Part shown: positions 43,904-53,334 of the stretch, piece after piece | Position numbering within the stretch: the stretch's first letter is position 1 | Layout of the letters: every line of letters begins with the position of its first letter | Assembly: GCA_965277545.1 (NCBI GenBank) | Contig: OZ255826.1 | Span: forward strand, 1,628,817 to 1,692,816 | DNA: 64,000 nt | Source of the DNA: Edaphobacter sp. | Lineage (GTDB): Bacteria; Acidobacteriota; Terriglobia; Terriglobales; Acidobacteriaceae | Direction of reading: 5' to 3' | The notes under the pieces: model-generated | Seen by the model: the letters and a program-made list of their open reading frames with translations, nothing else | Database searches by the model: none | What the model was told of the DNA's origin: nothing | Translations under genes and position numbers: made by a program

Positions 43904-45580
43904 GTGAGCTCTCCTCGCAACTTTCTGTGGATTCGCCGCTTTCTCCCGGATATATTCGTGGACGTGAACGCCTCTTTGATCCTCGGCCGCGCGGTTTTGT
44001 TGTCCTTGACTGTCTTCCTGGTTCTCCCTTCGAACAGCTCCGCGCAGACGTCCTCGACGGCAGGCAAGGCAGCGTGCAAAGTCGATCCGCGCGCGTCCAC
44101 CGAAATAGAACTTGCCTTCGATCGCGGGGCGTATGGGAAGGCGATCGAACTGGCGGCCGCCGCCTACAAAGCCAATCCGGCGGATCGCCTCAGCCGGCAG
44201 CTCGAGATCGACAGCCTGATTGCCGAGGGCAAACTGGACGACGCGAGAAAGAAGACGGACGCCTGGACGGCGGCCGAGCCCACCGAGCCTGTTGCTATCG
44301 TCACCGCAGGCGAGCTCCGGCACGCAGAAGGCGACTGGCTGGAAGCCTACGCGCTGACCCTCAAGGCGCTGAAGATCGATCCGTGCTTTGCCTCGGCCTA
44401 CGAGGACTTGGCCGAGTTCGAATCGCTCGCCGGCTATCACGCCACCGCGCAGAAGCACCTCGCGCTCGCCCATCGCCTGCTGCCCAACAATGAAAACATT
44501 CGCCTCGCGTGGATCGGCTCGCTGAGCCAGGACCAGTCCCTGGCCGAGTTCTCCAGCTACCTGCATGAGGCAAAGTCAGTCGACGACAAACGCCGTGCCA
44601 CGCTCTCTGCCCGGCTCGAAAAGCAACAAGGGCGCGTGAAGGATCGCTGTGAGCTTTCCTCCGTGACCGGCCCTTTGCGCATTCCCATGACGCCGGTCTA
44701 CGGGGCCAACGTCGGAATCGATTACTATGGGCTCGAAGTCGCCTTCAACGGGCACAAGCGAATTCTGCAGATCGATACCGGCGCCTCCGGTTTTCTGGTG
44801 ACGCATAGCGTCTACGCGGGGATGGGCCTGCGTAAGGTGGACACCACGCGGGTGTGGGGATTCGGCGATCAGGGATCAAACTCGGTCGATCAATACGTCG
44901 CGGACTCGGTTCGCATCGGGGGCGTTGAATTCAAGAATTGCTCCGTCGAAGCTCTCAACAACTTCAGCGTACTCGGCGGCGGCCACATCGGCCAGGCGAT
45001 GGATAGCGGCGACGGGCTGGTCGGCGCCGACATCTTCTCCCGTTATCTGGTCACGCTCGATTACATCAAGCACGAGATCCGTCTCGAGCCGCTGCCGCCG
45101 CCGCCGGCTGCCGCCGCAGGGCCGCTCGATGCGCTTGGCGGGAGTCCGGACAACGATCTGAGCAGCTTCGACCGCTACAAAGCGCCCTCCATGCAGAGCT
45201 GGACGAGCATCTACCGTCGCGATCACGAGATCATCATGCCCACCGTCATCAACAGCAGCAAACCGACGCTGTTCATCGTCGATACCGGGTCCTCCATGAA
45301 CCTGATCGACGACAAGTTCGCGAGACAGGTGACCCGCTCGCAGGAGAGCATCTATGGACTCCGCGGTCTCTCCGGTTCGAGCAGGCTCTCGGAAACGGGC
45401 AGCTTCACCGCCGATTTCGCCGGGCTGCGGCTGCCCGTGACCGGCATGAACTCGACCGATCTTTCGCGGTTCGCCGGCGTCCATGGCTTTCTCGGTTATC
45501 CCACGCTCGAACAGCTGGTGATGCACATCGACTACCGCGACAACCTCGTTCTCTTCGAGGCACCCAACGCTCACAAGTAG
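43904..45580 (+). CDS. TPR repeat plus tandem retropepsin-like aspartyl protease domain protein
   Basis: N-terminal signal/TM and TPR-like helices. Two DTG sites (..ILQIDTGASGFLV.. and ..LFIVDTGSSMNLI..). The start may be the GTG at 43964 (VNASLILGRAVLL..). Confidence 0.7.
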   Translation: MSSPRNFLWIRRFLPDIFVDVNASLILGRAVLLSLTVFLVLPSNSSAQTSSTAGKAACKVDPRASTEIELAFDRGAYGKAIELAAAAYKANPADRLSRQLEIDSLIAEGKLDDARKKTDAWTAAEPTEPVAIVTAGELRHAEGDWLEAYALTLKALKIDPCFASAYEDLAEFESLAGYHATAQKHLALAHRLLPNNENIRLAWIGSLSQDQSLAEFSSYLHEAKSVDDKRRATLSARLEKQQGRVKDRCELSSVTGPLRIPMTPVYGANVGIDYYGLEVAFNGHKRILQIDTGASGFLVTHSVYAGMGLRKVDTTRVWGFGDQGSNSVDQYVADSVRIGGVEFKNCSVEALNNFSVLGGGHIGQAMDSGDGLVGADIFSRYLVTLDYIKHEIRLEPLPPPPAAAAGPLDALGGSPDNDLSSFDRYKAPSMQSWTSIYRRDHEIIMPTVINSSKPTLFIVDTGSSMNLIDDKFARQVTRSQESIYGLRGLSGSSRLSETGSFTADFAGLRLPVTGMNSTDLSRFAGVHGFLGYPTLEQLVMHIDYRDNLVLFEAPNAHK

Positions 45581-45677
45581 AGGACGCAGTCTGGTGCGCG
45601 TCGCGGCTGAGCTTTGCGCCGTGCGCTCTGGTGGTGCACACTGGCTTCATGGGAGTTGCGTCGATTGAGGAGTCTGG

Positions 45678-46997
45678 GTGATGCGTGTTGGTCGTGGACT
45701 GGCGTTGGCGGCTGCTGTGATTGCGCTGACGTGGGCCGCGGTGGCGGCGCAGAGAACGACCCCGGCGGAGGCTGAGGCGCTGCGGGAGGCGGCGCGGAAT
45801 GCAACGGCGTATACGCTGACGCCCGCAAAATTGAAGTTGGCCCAGGAGCTGTTTCGCGCGCGGACGATGTTGTACTTTGCCGGGACCGCCTGGGCGATAG
45901 TGCAGCTTGTGCTGGTGCTGGCCTTTGGCGTTGCAGCTCGGATGCGCGATGCGGCGGAGAAGCTGACGGCGAATCGCTGGGGACAGTGCTTCGGATTCGT
46001 GTTTCTTTTTCTGTCATTGATTACGCTGCTCGATGCGCCGCTGCGGGTGTACGGACATCATGTCGGCCTTGCGTTCGGGCTGTCGGTGCAGGGGTGGGGA
46101 AGCTGGGTATTGGATCAGGCGAAGATTTTTCTGCTGACGTGGCTGCTTGCGGGACTGCTGGTGATGGTGTTGTTCTGGGTCATCGGGCGCTCGCCTCGGC
46201 ATTGGTGGTTCTGGTTCTGGATCCCAACGATGGCGTCGGTGCTGTGCGGGGTGTTGCTTTCACCGATCCTGGTCGATCCGCTGTTCAACAAGTTTGAGCC
46301 GCTTGCCGAACGCGATCCCGCGCTGGTGAAGGAACTCGAGAAGGTCGCGGTGCGCAGCGGCGTCGAGCTGCCGCCGGACAGGATGTTCTTCATGCAGGCG
46401 AGCCGGAAGGTGACCAGCCTGAATGCGTACGTAACCGGCGTGGGACCTTCGAAGCGGCTGGTGCTCTGGGACACGACCATCGCCGCCTCTCCGCCCGATG
46501 AGCTGGCAGGCATCTTCGGCCATGAGCTTGGGCACTATGCGCTGCACCATATTTCAGAAGGCCTGCTGTTCAGCGCGGTGCTGCTGCTGATCGGCTTTTC
46601 CCTGGGTCAGCAGACCGCGCAGGGGCTGCTTGAGAGATACGGTGCGCGGTGGGGCATTGGTTCGCAGCACGACTGGGCGTTTCTGGTGGTGCTGGTGTTC
46701 GTGGTGCAGGTCTTCGGATCTCTCGCCGAGCCGATTGATAACGCCTTCAGCCGGTCGATCGAGCACGCCGCGGACGTATACGGAGAAGAAGCGATTCACG
46801 GCATTGTCGCGGACCCGCAGGGCACGACCGCGCTCGGGTTTCAACGGTTGGGCGAGGCTTCGCTCGACGATCCCACGCCGCACCCGTGGATCGAGTTCTG
46901 GACCTCGAGCCATCCTCCGCTTCGCGAGCGGGCTGCCTTCGCGGCGGCTTACAACCCGTGGCGAACCGGTCTGCATCCGAAATACATTGATCGATGA
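45678..46997 (+). CDS. M48 family (Ste24/HtpX-like) zinc metallopeptidase
   Basis: Multi-TM N-terminal part. HELGHYALHH (HExxH) and downstream ..EHAADVYG.. Confidence 0.85.
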   Translation: MMRVGRGLALAAAVIALTWAAVAAQRTTPAEAEALREAARNATAYTLTPAKLKLAQELFRARTMLYFAGTAWAIVQLVLVLAFGVAARMRDAAEKLTANRWGQCFGFVFLFLSLITLLDAPLRVYGHHVGLAFGLSVQGWGSWVLDQAKIFLLTWLLAGLLVMVLFWVIGRSPRHWWFWFWIPTMASVLCGVLLSPILVDPLFNKFEPLAERDPALVKELEKVAVRSGVELPPDRMFFMQASRKVTSLNAYVTGVGPSKRLVLWDTTIAASPPDELAGIFGHELGHYALHHISEGLLFSAVLLLIGFSLGQQTAQGLLERYGARWGIGSQHDWAFLVVLVFVVQVFGSLAEPIDNAFSRSIEHAADVYGEEAIHGIVADPQGTTALGFQRLGEASLDDPTPHPWIEFWTSSHPPLRERAAFAAAYNPWRTGLHPKYIDR

Positions 46998-47035
46998 CTG
47001 ATTACAAATGACCGACGCGGCACAAACGATAAAAC

Positions 47036-47410
47036 ATGAAAACCAAACTGCAGCCTTTTTCTTCCTCGTCTCCTGACTGCCTGTTCTGCAAGATCGTAAA
47101 GGGAATCCTTCCAGCTAACCGCGTCTATGAGGACGAGTGCTGTATCGGTTTTCCTGACATCAATCCTCAGGCGCCGACGCACATCGTTGTTATTCCGAAA
47201 CAGCACATCGCGTCGCACGCGAAGGCCGTGGCTGAAGACACAACCTTACTCGGCCATCTAATGGCGGCTGCGGCTTCGATTGCGCGCGACCACAAACTGG
47301 ACCGCGGGTACAGAATCGTGCTGAATACAGGTGCCGATGGCGGCCAGACGGTGAATCATCTCCATCTTCATCTGCTCGGCGGCCGCTTGATGAGTTGGCC
47401 TCCAGGCTAG
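47036..47410 (+). CDS. HIT family protein
   Basis: ..CLFCKI....P...VYEDE..IGF.DINPQAP.H..VIPK.H.. and the histidine triad NHLHLHLLGG. Confidence 0.9.
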   Translation: MKTKLQPFSSSSPDCLFCKIVKGILPANRVYEDECCIGFPDINPQAPTHIVVIPKQHIASHAKAVAEDTTLLGHLMAAAASIARDHKLDRGYRIVLNTGADGGQTVNHLHLHLLGGRLMSWPPG

Positions 47411-47525
47411 CCCAGGCTGCTCGTCGTAGGACCAGGGTGGGAAGTTCGGCCTAACCTGCTGCCGGCGCGTAGGAAACGCCTTCCACGAATGGTTACGCCC
47501 TCGGACCGACTAGGGACGTGGTGAT

Positions 47526-47930
47526 TTATAAAAAAGCTTTTAGTCGTCGGATGAGGCCGTCAGAGTTCTTGGTTTGACACTCCCAAAGAACAAGGACCTT
47601 CCAGCCCGCCTTTCGAAGCTCTCTGATGTGCTGCTTGTCTCTCTGAACGTTTCTCTGTCTCTTGGCGTTCCAGTAATCAATATTCGATTTCGGTGAGACC
47701 GTTCCGTGTCGGCAGTTGTGGCTATGCCAGAAGCAACCATGGACGAAGATTACTTTCCGTCGAGAGATAAATGCGAGGTCGGGTTTTCCAGGGAGTTCAG
47801 CAACATGGAGCACATAGCGATGGCCCATGGAATGTGCGAGCCTTCTCACCCGCATCTCAGGCCCTGTGTTCTTGCTGCCAACTGCGCGCATACATGCGCT
47901 GCGTTGTTCCGCACTCAGGACATCTGTCAT
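47526..47930 (-). CDS. vsr: very short patch repair endonuclease
   Basis: ..RSACMRAV.SKNT.PE...R.....G.R......LPGKPD..F...R.VIFVHGCFWH.H.C..G..P..N..YW..K...N..RD......L...GW.VLV.WEC is collinear with E. coli Vsr. Confidence 0.9.
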   Translation of the reverse strand: MTDVLSAEQRSACMRAVGSKNTGPEMRVRRLAHSMGHRYVLHVAELPGKPDLAFISRRKVIFVHGCFWHSHNCRHGTVSPKSNIDYWNAKRQRNVQRDKQHIRELRKAGWKVLVLWECQTKNSDGLIRRLKAFL

Positions 47931-47939
47931 GCGATCCGC

Positions 47940-48542
47940 CTATTCGTCTTGGTCCGGGTCTACGCCCTCGGCAGTGGGCATGGAGGGTGTGCTCTCCGCA
48001 GATAAGTTGGGAAAGATCACCTCCCCGTCCTTAAGACTCATCAGCAGCGTTCCGTTCTGCTTGACAAAGCGATAAGGAACGTTTTTCCGATAGCGTTGCG
48101 GGTATGGGTCCGGATATTCTTCACGCCACCTGTTAAAGAATTCTGCCAACTGAGATCCGTGTAAGTAGCGGAGGTCGACTTCCTTCAGGTTGTCGTAATA
48201 GTCGAAGAATAGATGGCCTACTTGGGCGTCCTTTGCCAGTTTTTCCGGTCCTGTGTTGCGATGGTACTGGTATTCGTAGCTGCTGCCCCGCTTCGCTGAT
48301 TTAACTTCATGATTGGTCAAATCGATTCCCGCTCCGAACTTTCGACCCAAGTCGTTGACCAGCATCGAAGCGAAAACCTCCCAGTCCGACGACATGGCAA
48401 CGGATCCTCCAGGGATACCGCGCAAACCATACAGGCGAAGCTTGCCTTGTAGTGGACCGTACATGTAGGCATGAAAAAACATGAGCGACTTCTCAAAATC
48501 AAGATCTGTCGGCGGAGTCCAAAAACGCTCCGATTCAGACAT
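47940..48542 (-). CDS. putative type II restriction endonuclease (family not identified)
   Basis: 200-aa ORF overlapping the methyltransferase stop by 8 nt and followed 9 nt later by vsr. Possible PD-(D/E)xK-like segment ..GIDLTNHEVKSAK.. Called by context only. Confidence 0.5.
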   Translation of the reverse strand: MSESERFWTPPTDLDFEKSLMFFHAYMYGPLQGKLRLYGLRGIPGGSVAMSSDWEVFASMLVNDLGRKFGAGIDLTNHEVKSAKRGSSYEYQYHRNTGPEKLAKDAQVGHLFFDYYDNLKEVDLRYLHGSQLAEFFNRWREEYPDPYPQRYRKNVPYRFVKQNGTLLMSLKDGEVIFPNLSAESTPSMPTAEGVDPDQDE

Positions 48543-49806
48543 CGAGGTTACGTCCCGTGGCGACCTGCGATTCGTAAACAGTGGTGCAACTTTCGACGAT
48601 CTCGGCGGTGTTAGTCCCGATTTTCGCTCGTTCGGCTAACGGAGCTAATAGATGGCGTGTGAGCCAACGCGTGACGGGAACAGCAACCCCGTCCCCCATA
48701 GCACGATACCCGTCGTTATACGAACCGGGGATTTGATAGGAATCTGGCGCTCCCATCAGCCTTGCGCACTCCTTTATCGTCATGAGGCGCGAACGCACGG
48801 TACCCCGATCAACAATAATCACTGTTTGGCGGCTGCTGCCTCCATTCGGGGTCCGCAAACAACCGGCGACGCCGTCGAAACGTATTTCCAAGCATTGGGT
48901 CTTATTGCCAGCCTCATCGGGTCTGGTTCGCCTGTAAGCAGTACCAGCAAAGAAAGTTTTTGCCCTCCTCGCCGCATCAAGCTTCTTCCTGTTCACGGGC
49001 GAGAGCATAGAACAAAGTTCTTTCGTCTTGTCTGGCGGATCGCAAAGCGCGTCGGGGTCGCACACGGTGCTGAACGCAGGCCGGACCTCCTTCGGAAGCG
49101 GAAGCGACCACCATACCCACTGCGGATCGTCTATGAGAAAGGAGGATCGTACCAAGTTTTTGGGATGGAATGGACTAGAAGGGAGTTGCTGAACTAAGCC
49201 ACTGAGAGGAACATTTTCTGCCGCGGCGATGATGAATGCCCGTCGCCGGCTTTGCGGAACGAAGTAGTCAGCGTTGACTACTACCGCGCCCAAGCGGTAC
49301 CCCAGTTCTCGCAGTGCGTAGTATGCCTGTCTGAAATGTCTTCCTTGATCTGCCACGACAAAACCTACGACATTTTCCGCCACCAGAACAGAAGGCTTTT
49401 TCCCTTGCTCCTGCATTTCTTGAAGAATCCGTATCCACTCCCAGAACAGACCTGACCGTGTCCCCCTGCTCATGCCGCTCAGGTTCCCGGCGAGAGAAAG
49501 ATCTTGGCACGGGAACGAGGCCCACGCCAGATCAACATTCGGAACATCGCGGCCTTTGACAACTTTAATATCGGATAAGAGGAACTCATCGCTGGGATAA
49601 TTCGCTGTATAGGTAGCTCGCTTTTTGGCGCAATTATCGTTGGCCCAGAGCGTTTCGAACTCCGGCGTGAGTCCCAAGCGCACCAAACCGCTTCCGGCGA
49701 AGAAATCTAAAGCCGTAAACATACTTGAGCCGACTTTATCAGCGTAAGAATAGCGCGTCAAAGACTCAATGGAGTTCGCCGACTTGCGAGTTCCATAAGC
49801 GAACAC
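48535..49806 (-). CDS. DNA (cytosine-5)-methyltransferase
   Basis: Motif I FTALDFFAGSGL, motif IV SFPCQDLSLAG, motif VI LVAENVVGF, motif VIII QSRRRAFII, motifs IX/X ..RLMTIKECARLMG.. and GDGVAVPV. The start may be Met-29 (49722). Confidence 0.9.
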   Translation of the reverse strand: MFAYGTRKSANSIESLTRYSYADKVGSSMFTALDFFAGSGLVRLGLTPEFETLWANDNCAKKRATYTANYPSDEFLLSDIKVVKGRDVPNVDLAWASFPCQDLSLAGNLSGMSRGTRSGLFWEWIRILQEMQEQGKKPSVLVAENVVGFVVADQGRHFRQAYYALRELGYRLGAVVVNADYFVPQSRRRAFIIAAAENVPLSGLVQQLPSSPFHPKNLVRSSFLIDDPQWVWWSLPLPKEVRPAFSTVCDPDALCDPPDKTKELCSMLSPVNRKKLDAARRAKTFFAGTAYRRTRPDEAGNKTQCLEIRFDGVAGCLRTPNGGSSRQTVIIVDRGTVRSRLMTIKECARLMGAPDSYQIPGSYNDGYRAMGDGVAVPVTRWLTRHLLAPLAERAKIGTNTAEIVESCTTVYESQVATGRNLDV

Positions 49807-49939
49807 AATACTGACTTCGGCTAGTCAGCCTCGATGTCTGAGCTGCCATGCCAGCCGGCAGATGAAGAATAGGGACCGTATCATCCATGGTGAATAGTGA
49901 GCGCAGGCGGTTGTATGCTGGGGAGAAGGAAAAACGAAG

Positions 49940-51448
49940 ATGTTGGGAGCTTTGCTGGCGGTTGCGGTGGCGAGTCTGGTTTGTCTGATCGTGCTTCTGC
50001 TGCGCGGGAGAGCGCCTGCGGTCGTGGCGCAGGATCTGCGGGTGGGGGAGAAGGTAGAGGCGTTGGCGGGGCAGGTGGGCCGGTTGGATGCGGGGTTTGC
50101 GGCGCTCGACCGGCAGCTGCGCGGGGAGCTGGCGGGAATTCGCAGCGAAATGGCCGAAGAGGCGCGGCGGACGCGGGGGACGAGCGGGGAGGAGTTTGCG
50201 GCACTGCGTGGCGAGGTGACGCGGAATATCGCGGAGCTGAGCGGTCTGCTGCAGGTGGGGCTGGGCGGATTTCGCACCGACAATAAGGCTTCAGACGAGG
50301 CGCTGCGGCGGGCGGTGCAGGAGAACCTGGACGGGATCTCGCAGCGGCTGGCTGGATTTGTGACGGAGGCAAACGCGGCTCAACTTGATGCGCGGGAGTC
50401 GCTGCATGCGCGGCTGAACGAGCTTTCGGTGTCGGCGAATGCGCAGCAGGAAAAACTGCGCGGCACGATGGAGGAGCGGCTGACGAGGCTGAACGATTCG
50501 AATGCGGCGAAGCTCGAAGAGATGCGGGCGACGGTGGATGAGAAGCTGCAGGCGACGCTGCATACGCGGTTGAACGAGAGCTTCGGACAGGTGACCGACC
50601 AGCTCAGCAAGGTGCACAGCGGGCTCGGCGAGATGACCAAGCTGTCTGCCGGTGTGAATGACCTGAGCCGCATCTTTACCAACGTCAAATCGCGTGGCGG
50701 ATTTGCCGAGGTGCAGCTGGGCATGCTGCTGGAGCAGATGCTGGCTCCCGGGCAGTTCGTTCGCAACGCGCGAGTGAAGGAGGGGACCATCGAGGCCGTT
50801 GAGTTTGCCGTGCGATTTCCCGGACACGCAGGCGAAACGCTGCTTCCGATCGACGCCAAGTTTCCGCGCGAGGCATGGGAGCGGCTGGAGACGGCCTATG
50901 AAGGCAATGTTCCGGAGCAGATCGCCTCGGCGGGAAAAGCCTTTGAAAGTGCCATTCGCATCGAGGGCGAGCGCATCTGCAGGAAGTACATCAATCCTCC
51001 GGTCACGACTCCGCATGCGATCATGTTTCTGCCGACCGAGGGTCTCTACGCCGAGGTGATGCGCCGCGATAGTCTGCAGGCCGAGATCCAGTCGAGGTGC
51101 CAGGTCACCATCGCGGGGCCAAGCACTTTGTCGGCGATCCTGACCAGCTTTCAAATGGGTTTCCAGATGCTCGCCCTGCAGGAGAAGGGAGACGAGGTCT
51201 GGAAGGTGCTGCAGTCGGCCAAGACGGAGTTCGGTAAATTCGGCACGCTGATGGACAAGGTGGGGAGCGACCTGCTGAAGGTGCATGGCAAGCTCTCGGA
51301 TGTCGGCGTGCGGACACGGGCCATTCATCGCACCTTGCGCGAGGTAGGGGAGTCGGACGCTGAAGCAGGAAACTCGAGCCTGCTGAGCTTTGAGGAGATT
51401 GCGGGAGTGGCGCCGCTGCTGGCGGCTGCGACTGAGGAGGAGGGCTGA
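49940..51448 (+). CDS. rmuC: DNA recombination protein RmuC
   Basis: N-terminal TM helix, long coiled coil, and the C-terminal RmuC nuclease-like domain (..VEFAVRFPG...LPIDAKFP..Y.., ..AIMFLPTEGLYAE..). Confidence 0.9.
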   Translation: MLGALLAVAVASLVCLIVLLLRGRAPAVVAQDLRVGEKVEALAGQVGRLDAGFAALDRQLRGELAGIRSEMAEEARRTRGTSGEEFAALRGEVTRNIAELSGLLQVGLGGFRTDNKASDEALRRAVQENLDGISQRLAGFVTEANAAQLDARESLHARLNELSVSANAQQEKLRGTMEERLTRLNDSNAAKLEEMRATVDEKLQATLHTRLNESFGQVTDQLSKVHSGLGEMTKLSAGVNDLSRIFTNVKSRGGFAEVQLGMLLEQMLAPGQFVRNARVKEGTIEAVEFAVRFPGHAGETLLPIDAKFPREAWERLETAYEGNVPEQIASAGKAFESAIRIEGERICRKYINPPVTTPHAIMFLPTEGLYAEVMRRDSLQAEIQSRCQVTIAGPSTLSAILTSFQMGFQMLALQEKGDEVWKVLQSAKTEFGKFGTLMDKVGSDLLKVHGKLSDVGVRTRAIHRTLREVGESDAEAGNSSLLSFEEIAGVAPLLAAATEEEG

Positions 51449-51724
51449 AGGCTTACCACAGAGAAAACGGAAAAAGGGATCGCTACGGAATTGGGATGAC
51501 AGAGGATATTGACTGCAAGTCCGCGTCGATCCTTCTTTTCCTTCTTTCCGCCCTATCCGTGGCAGGCCTTGCGCGGCTCGTCCGGCAGGACACCAGCCTT
51601 CTCCCTCGATGTGCGGCTTTGCTTTACACTCACCGAGGCGCTCAGTATGCTTGATGCTGGCCCGCTCGCGCGGGGCGCGGACAACTTTCAGGCATGGATT
51701 TCAGAGAAAAACAGGAGAATTCGA

Positions 51725-51970
51725 ATGGCAGCAGTTGACGAAAAGGTGAAGCAGATTATTGTCGAGCAACTTCAGGTGGACGAGGCTGAAGTCACACCGG
51801 GCGCAAGCTTTCAGGAGGATCTTGGCGCCGATTCGCTCGATGTCGTCGAACTGGTGATGCAGTTTGAAGAAGCGTTCGATATCCAGATTCCGGACGAGGA
51901 TGCGGAGAAGATCAAGACGGTGAAGGACGCGGTCGACTACATCGAAAAGAACCAGAAGGCGGCCAAGTAA
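51725..51970 (+). CDS. acpP: acyl carrier protein
   Basis: ..[35 protein letters not shown] has the DSLD phosphopantetheine site. Start taken at ATG 51725 inside track ORF 51509. Confidence 0.95.
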   Translation: MAAVDEKVKQIIVEQLQVDEAEVTPGASFQEDLGADSLDVVELVMQFEEAFDIQIPDEDAEKIKTVKDAVDYIEKNQKAAK

Positions 51971-51974
51971 ACAA

Positions 51975-53225
51975 ATGGAGCAACGTCGCGTCGTCGTAAC
52001 CGGCCTCGGGCTGATCTGCGGGGTCGGCAAAACTGCCCCTGAGCTGTGGGATGGGCTGATGGCGGGCCGCAGCGGGATGGCGGAGATCAAGGCCTTCGAT
52101 CTGACAGGCCACCCGGTGCGCTTTGCCGCGGAGGTGAAGGACTTCGATCCGCTGCTGTTTGTGGACAAGAAAGAGGCGCGCAAGATGGGGCGCTTCATTC
52201 ATTTCGCGCTGGCCGCGTCGGCCGAGGCCATGAAGCACTCGGGCCTGGTGGTGGACGAGGGCAATCGCGACCGGATCGGGGTGCATATCGGGTCGGGGAT
52301 TGGCGGCTTCGATGTGATCGAGCGGGAGCACCAGAATCTGCTGTCGGGTGGGCCGAGAAAGGTTTCGCCGTTTTTCATTCCCGGGTCGATCATCAATCTG
52401 GCCGCGGGACATGTTTCCATCCAATACGGCGCGCGCGGGCCGAATGAGGCAACGGCGACGGCGTGTACGACCTCGGCGCATGCGATCGGCGACGCATTTC
52501 GGCTAATTCAGCGCGGGGATGCGGAGGTGATGATCGCGGGCGGCACGGAGGCTTCGATTACGCCACTGGGCGTGGCCGGGTTTGCGGCGATGCGTGCGCT
52601 TTCGACGCGCAATGACGATCCCGAACATGCCAGCCGGCCGTTCGACAAAGACCGCGACGGTTTTGTAGTAGGCGAGGGCGCGGGGATTCTGATCCTCGAA
52701 GAGCTTGAGTTTGCCAAGGCACGCGGGGCGAAGATTCTGGCCGAGATCATTGGCTACGGCCTGTCGGCGGATGCGTTCCACATGACGGGCATGGCTCCCG
52801 AGGGCGAGGGGTGCTACCGGTCGATGAAACATGCGCTGAAGGTGGCGGGGATTTCGCCCGATCAGATCGATTATGTGAATGCGCATGCCACCTCGACGCC
52901 GCTGGGCGATGCGCTGGAGTCGAGAGCGATTGAGAATGTGTTTGGCGAGCGGGCGACCAATCACACGCTGCTGGTGAGCTCGACCAAGTCGATGACCGGG
53001 CATCTGCTTGGCGGCGCTGGTGGCCTGGAGGCGGGAATCACGATTATGGCGATGCAGCACCAGATCGCGCCGCCGACCATGAATATCGTCGAGCTCGATC
53101 CGCAGTGCCGGCTGAACTATGTGCCGAACAAGCCGCAGCCGGCGAAGATCGACTATGCGCTGTCGAACTCGTTCGGGTTCGGCGGGACCAACGGGTCGCT
53201 GGTGTTCAAGCGCTGGGTGGAGTAG
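51975..53225 (+). CDS. fabF: beta-ketoacyl-ACP synthase II
   Basis: ..RRVVVTGLG.., active-site ..ATACTTSAHAIG.., ..NAHATSTPLGD.., ..SSTKSMTGHLLGGAG.., ..NSFGFGGTN. Confidence 0.95.
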   Translation: MEQRRVVVTGLGLICGVGKTAPELWDGLMAGRSGMAEIKAFDLTGHPVRFAAEVKDFDPLLFVDKKEARKMGRFIHFALAASAEAMKHSGLVVDEGNRDRIGVHIGSGIGGFDVIEREHQNLLSGGPRKVSPFFIPGSIINLAAGHVSIQYGARGPNEATATACTTSAHAIGDAFRLIQRGDAEVMIAGGTEASITPLGVAGFAAMRALSTRNDDPEHASRPFDKDRDGFVVGEGAGILILEELEFAKARGAKILAEIIGYGLSADAFHMTGMAPEGEGCYRSMKHALKVAGISPDQIDYVNAHATSTPLGDALESRAIENVFGERATNHTLLVSSTKSMTGHLLGGAGGLEAGITIMAMQHQIAPPTMNIVELDPQCRLNYVPNKPQPAKIDYALSNSFGFGGTNGSLVFKRWVE

Positions 53226-53333
53226 TCCTGCCGGACGGGCCCGCTGCGCGCGGTGCGACCACTTCGTGGGGTGTATACCGGTCGTGGCAAGGCAAGCGGC
53301 TTGGGGCCTCGCGATGCTCGGCGCGGTATTCGC
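53225..53333. repeat. Repeat family A, rearranged partial copy
   Basis: GTCCTGCCGGACGGGCCCGCTGCGCGCGG..CCACTTCGTGGGGTGTATACCGG is the left arm, followed by GGCCTCGCGATGCTCGGC, which is the inverted form of the GCCGAGCATCGCGAGGCC box. It fills the gap between two convergent stop codons. Confidence 0.7.
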
Positions 53334-53334
53334 G

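Noticed and set aside
51449-51724. 275-nt region upstream of acpP (track ORF 51509-51970) considered as a separate gene or ncRNA
   Set aside because: The ORF is only read-through into acpP. The translated leader is low-complexity and I recognise no RNA motif, so it is left unannotated.
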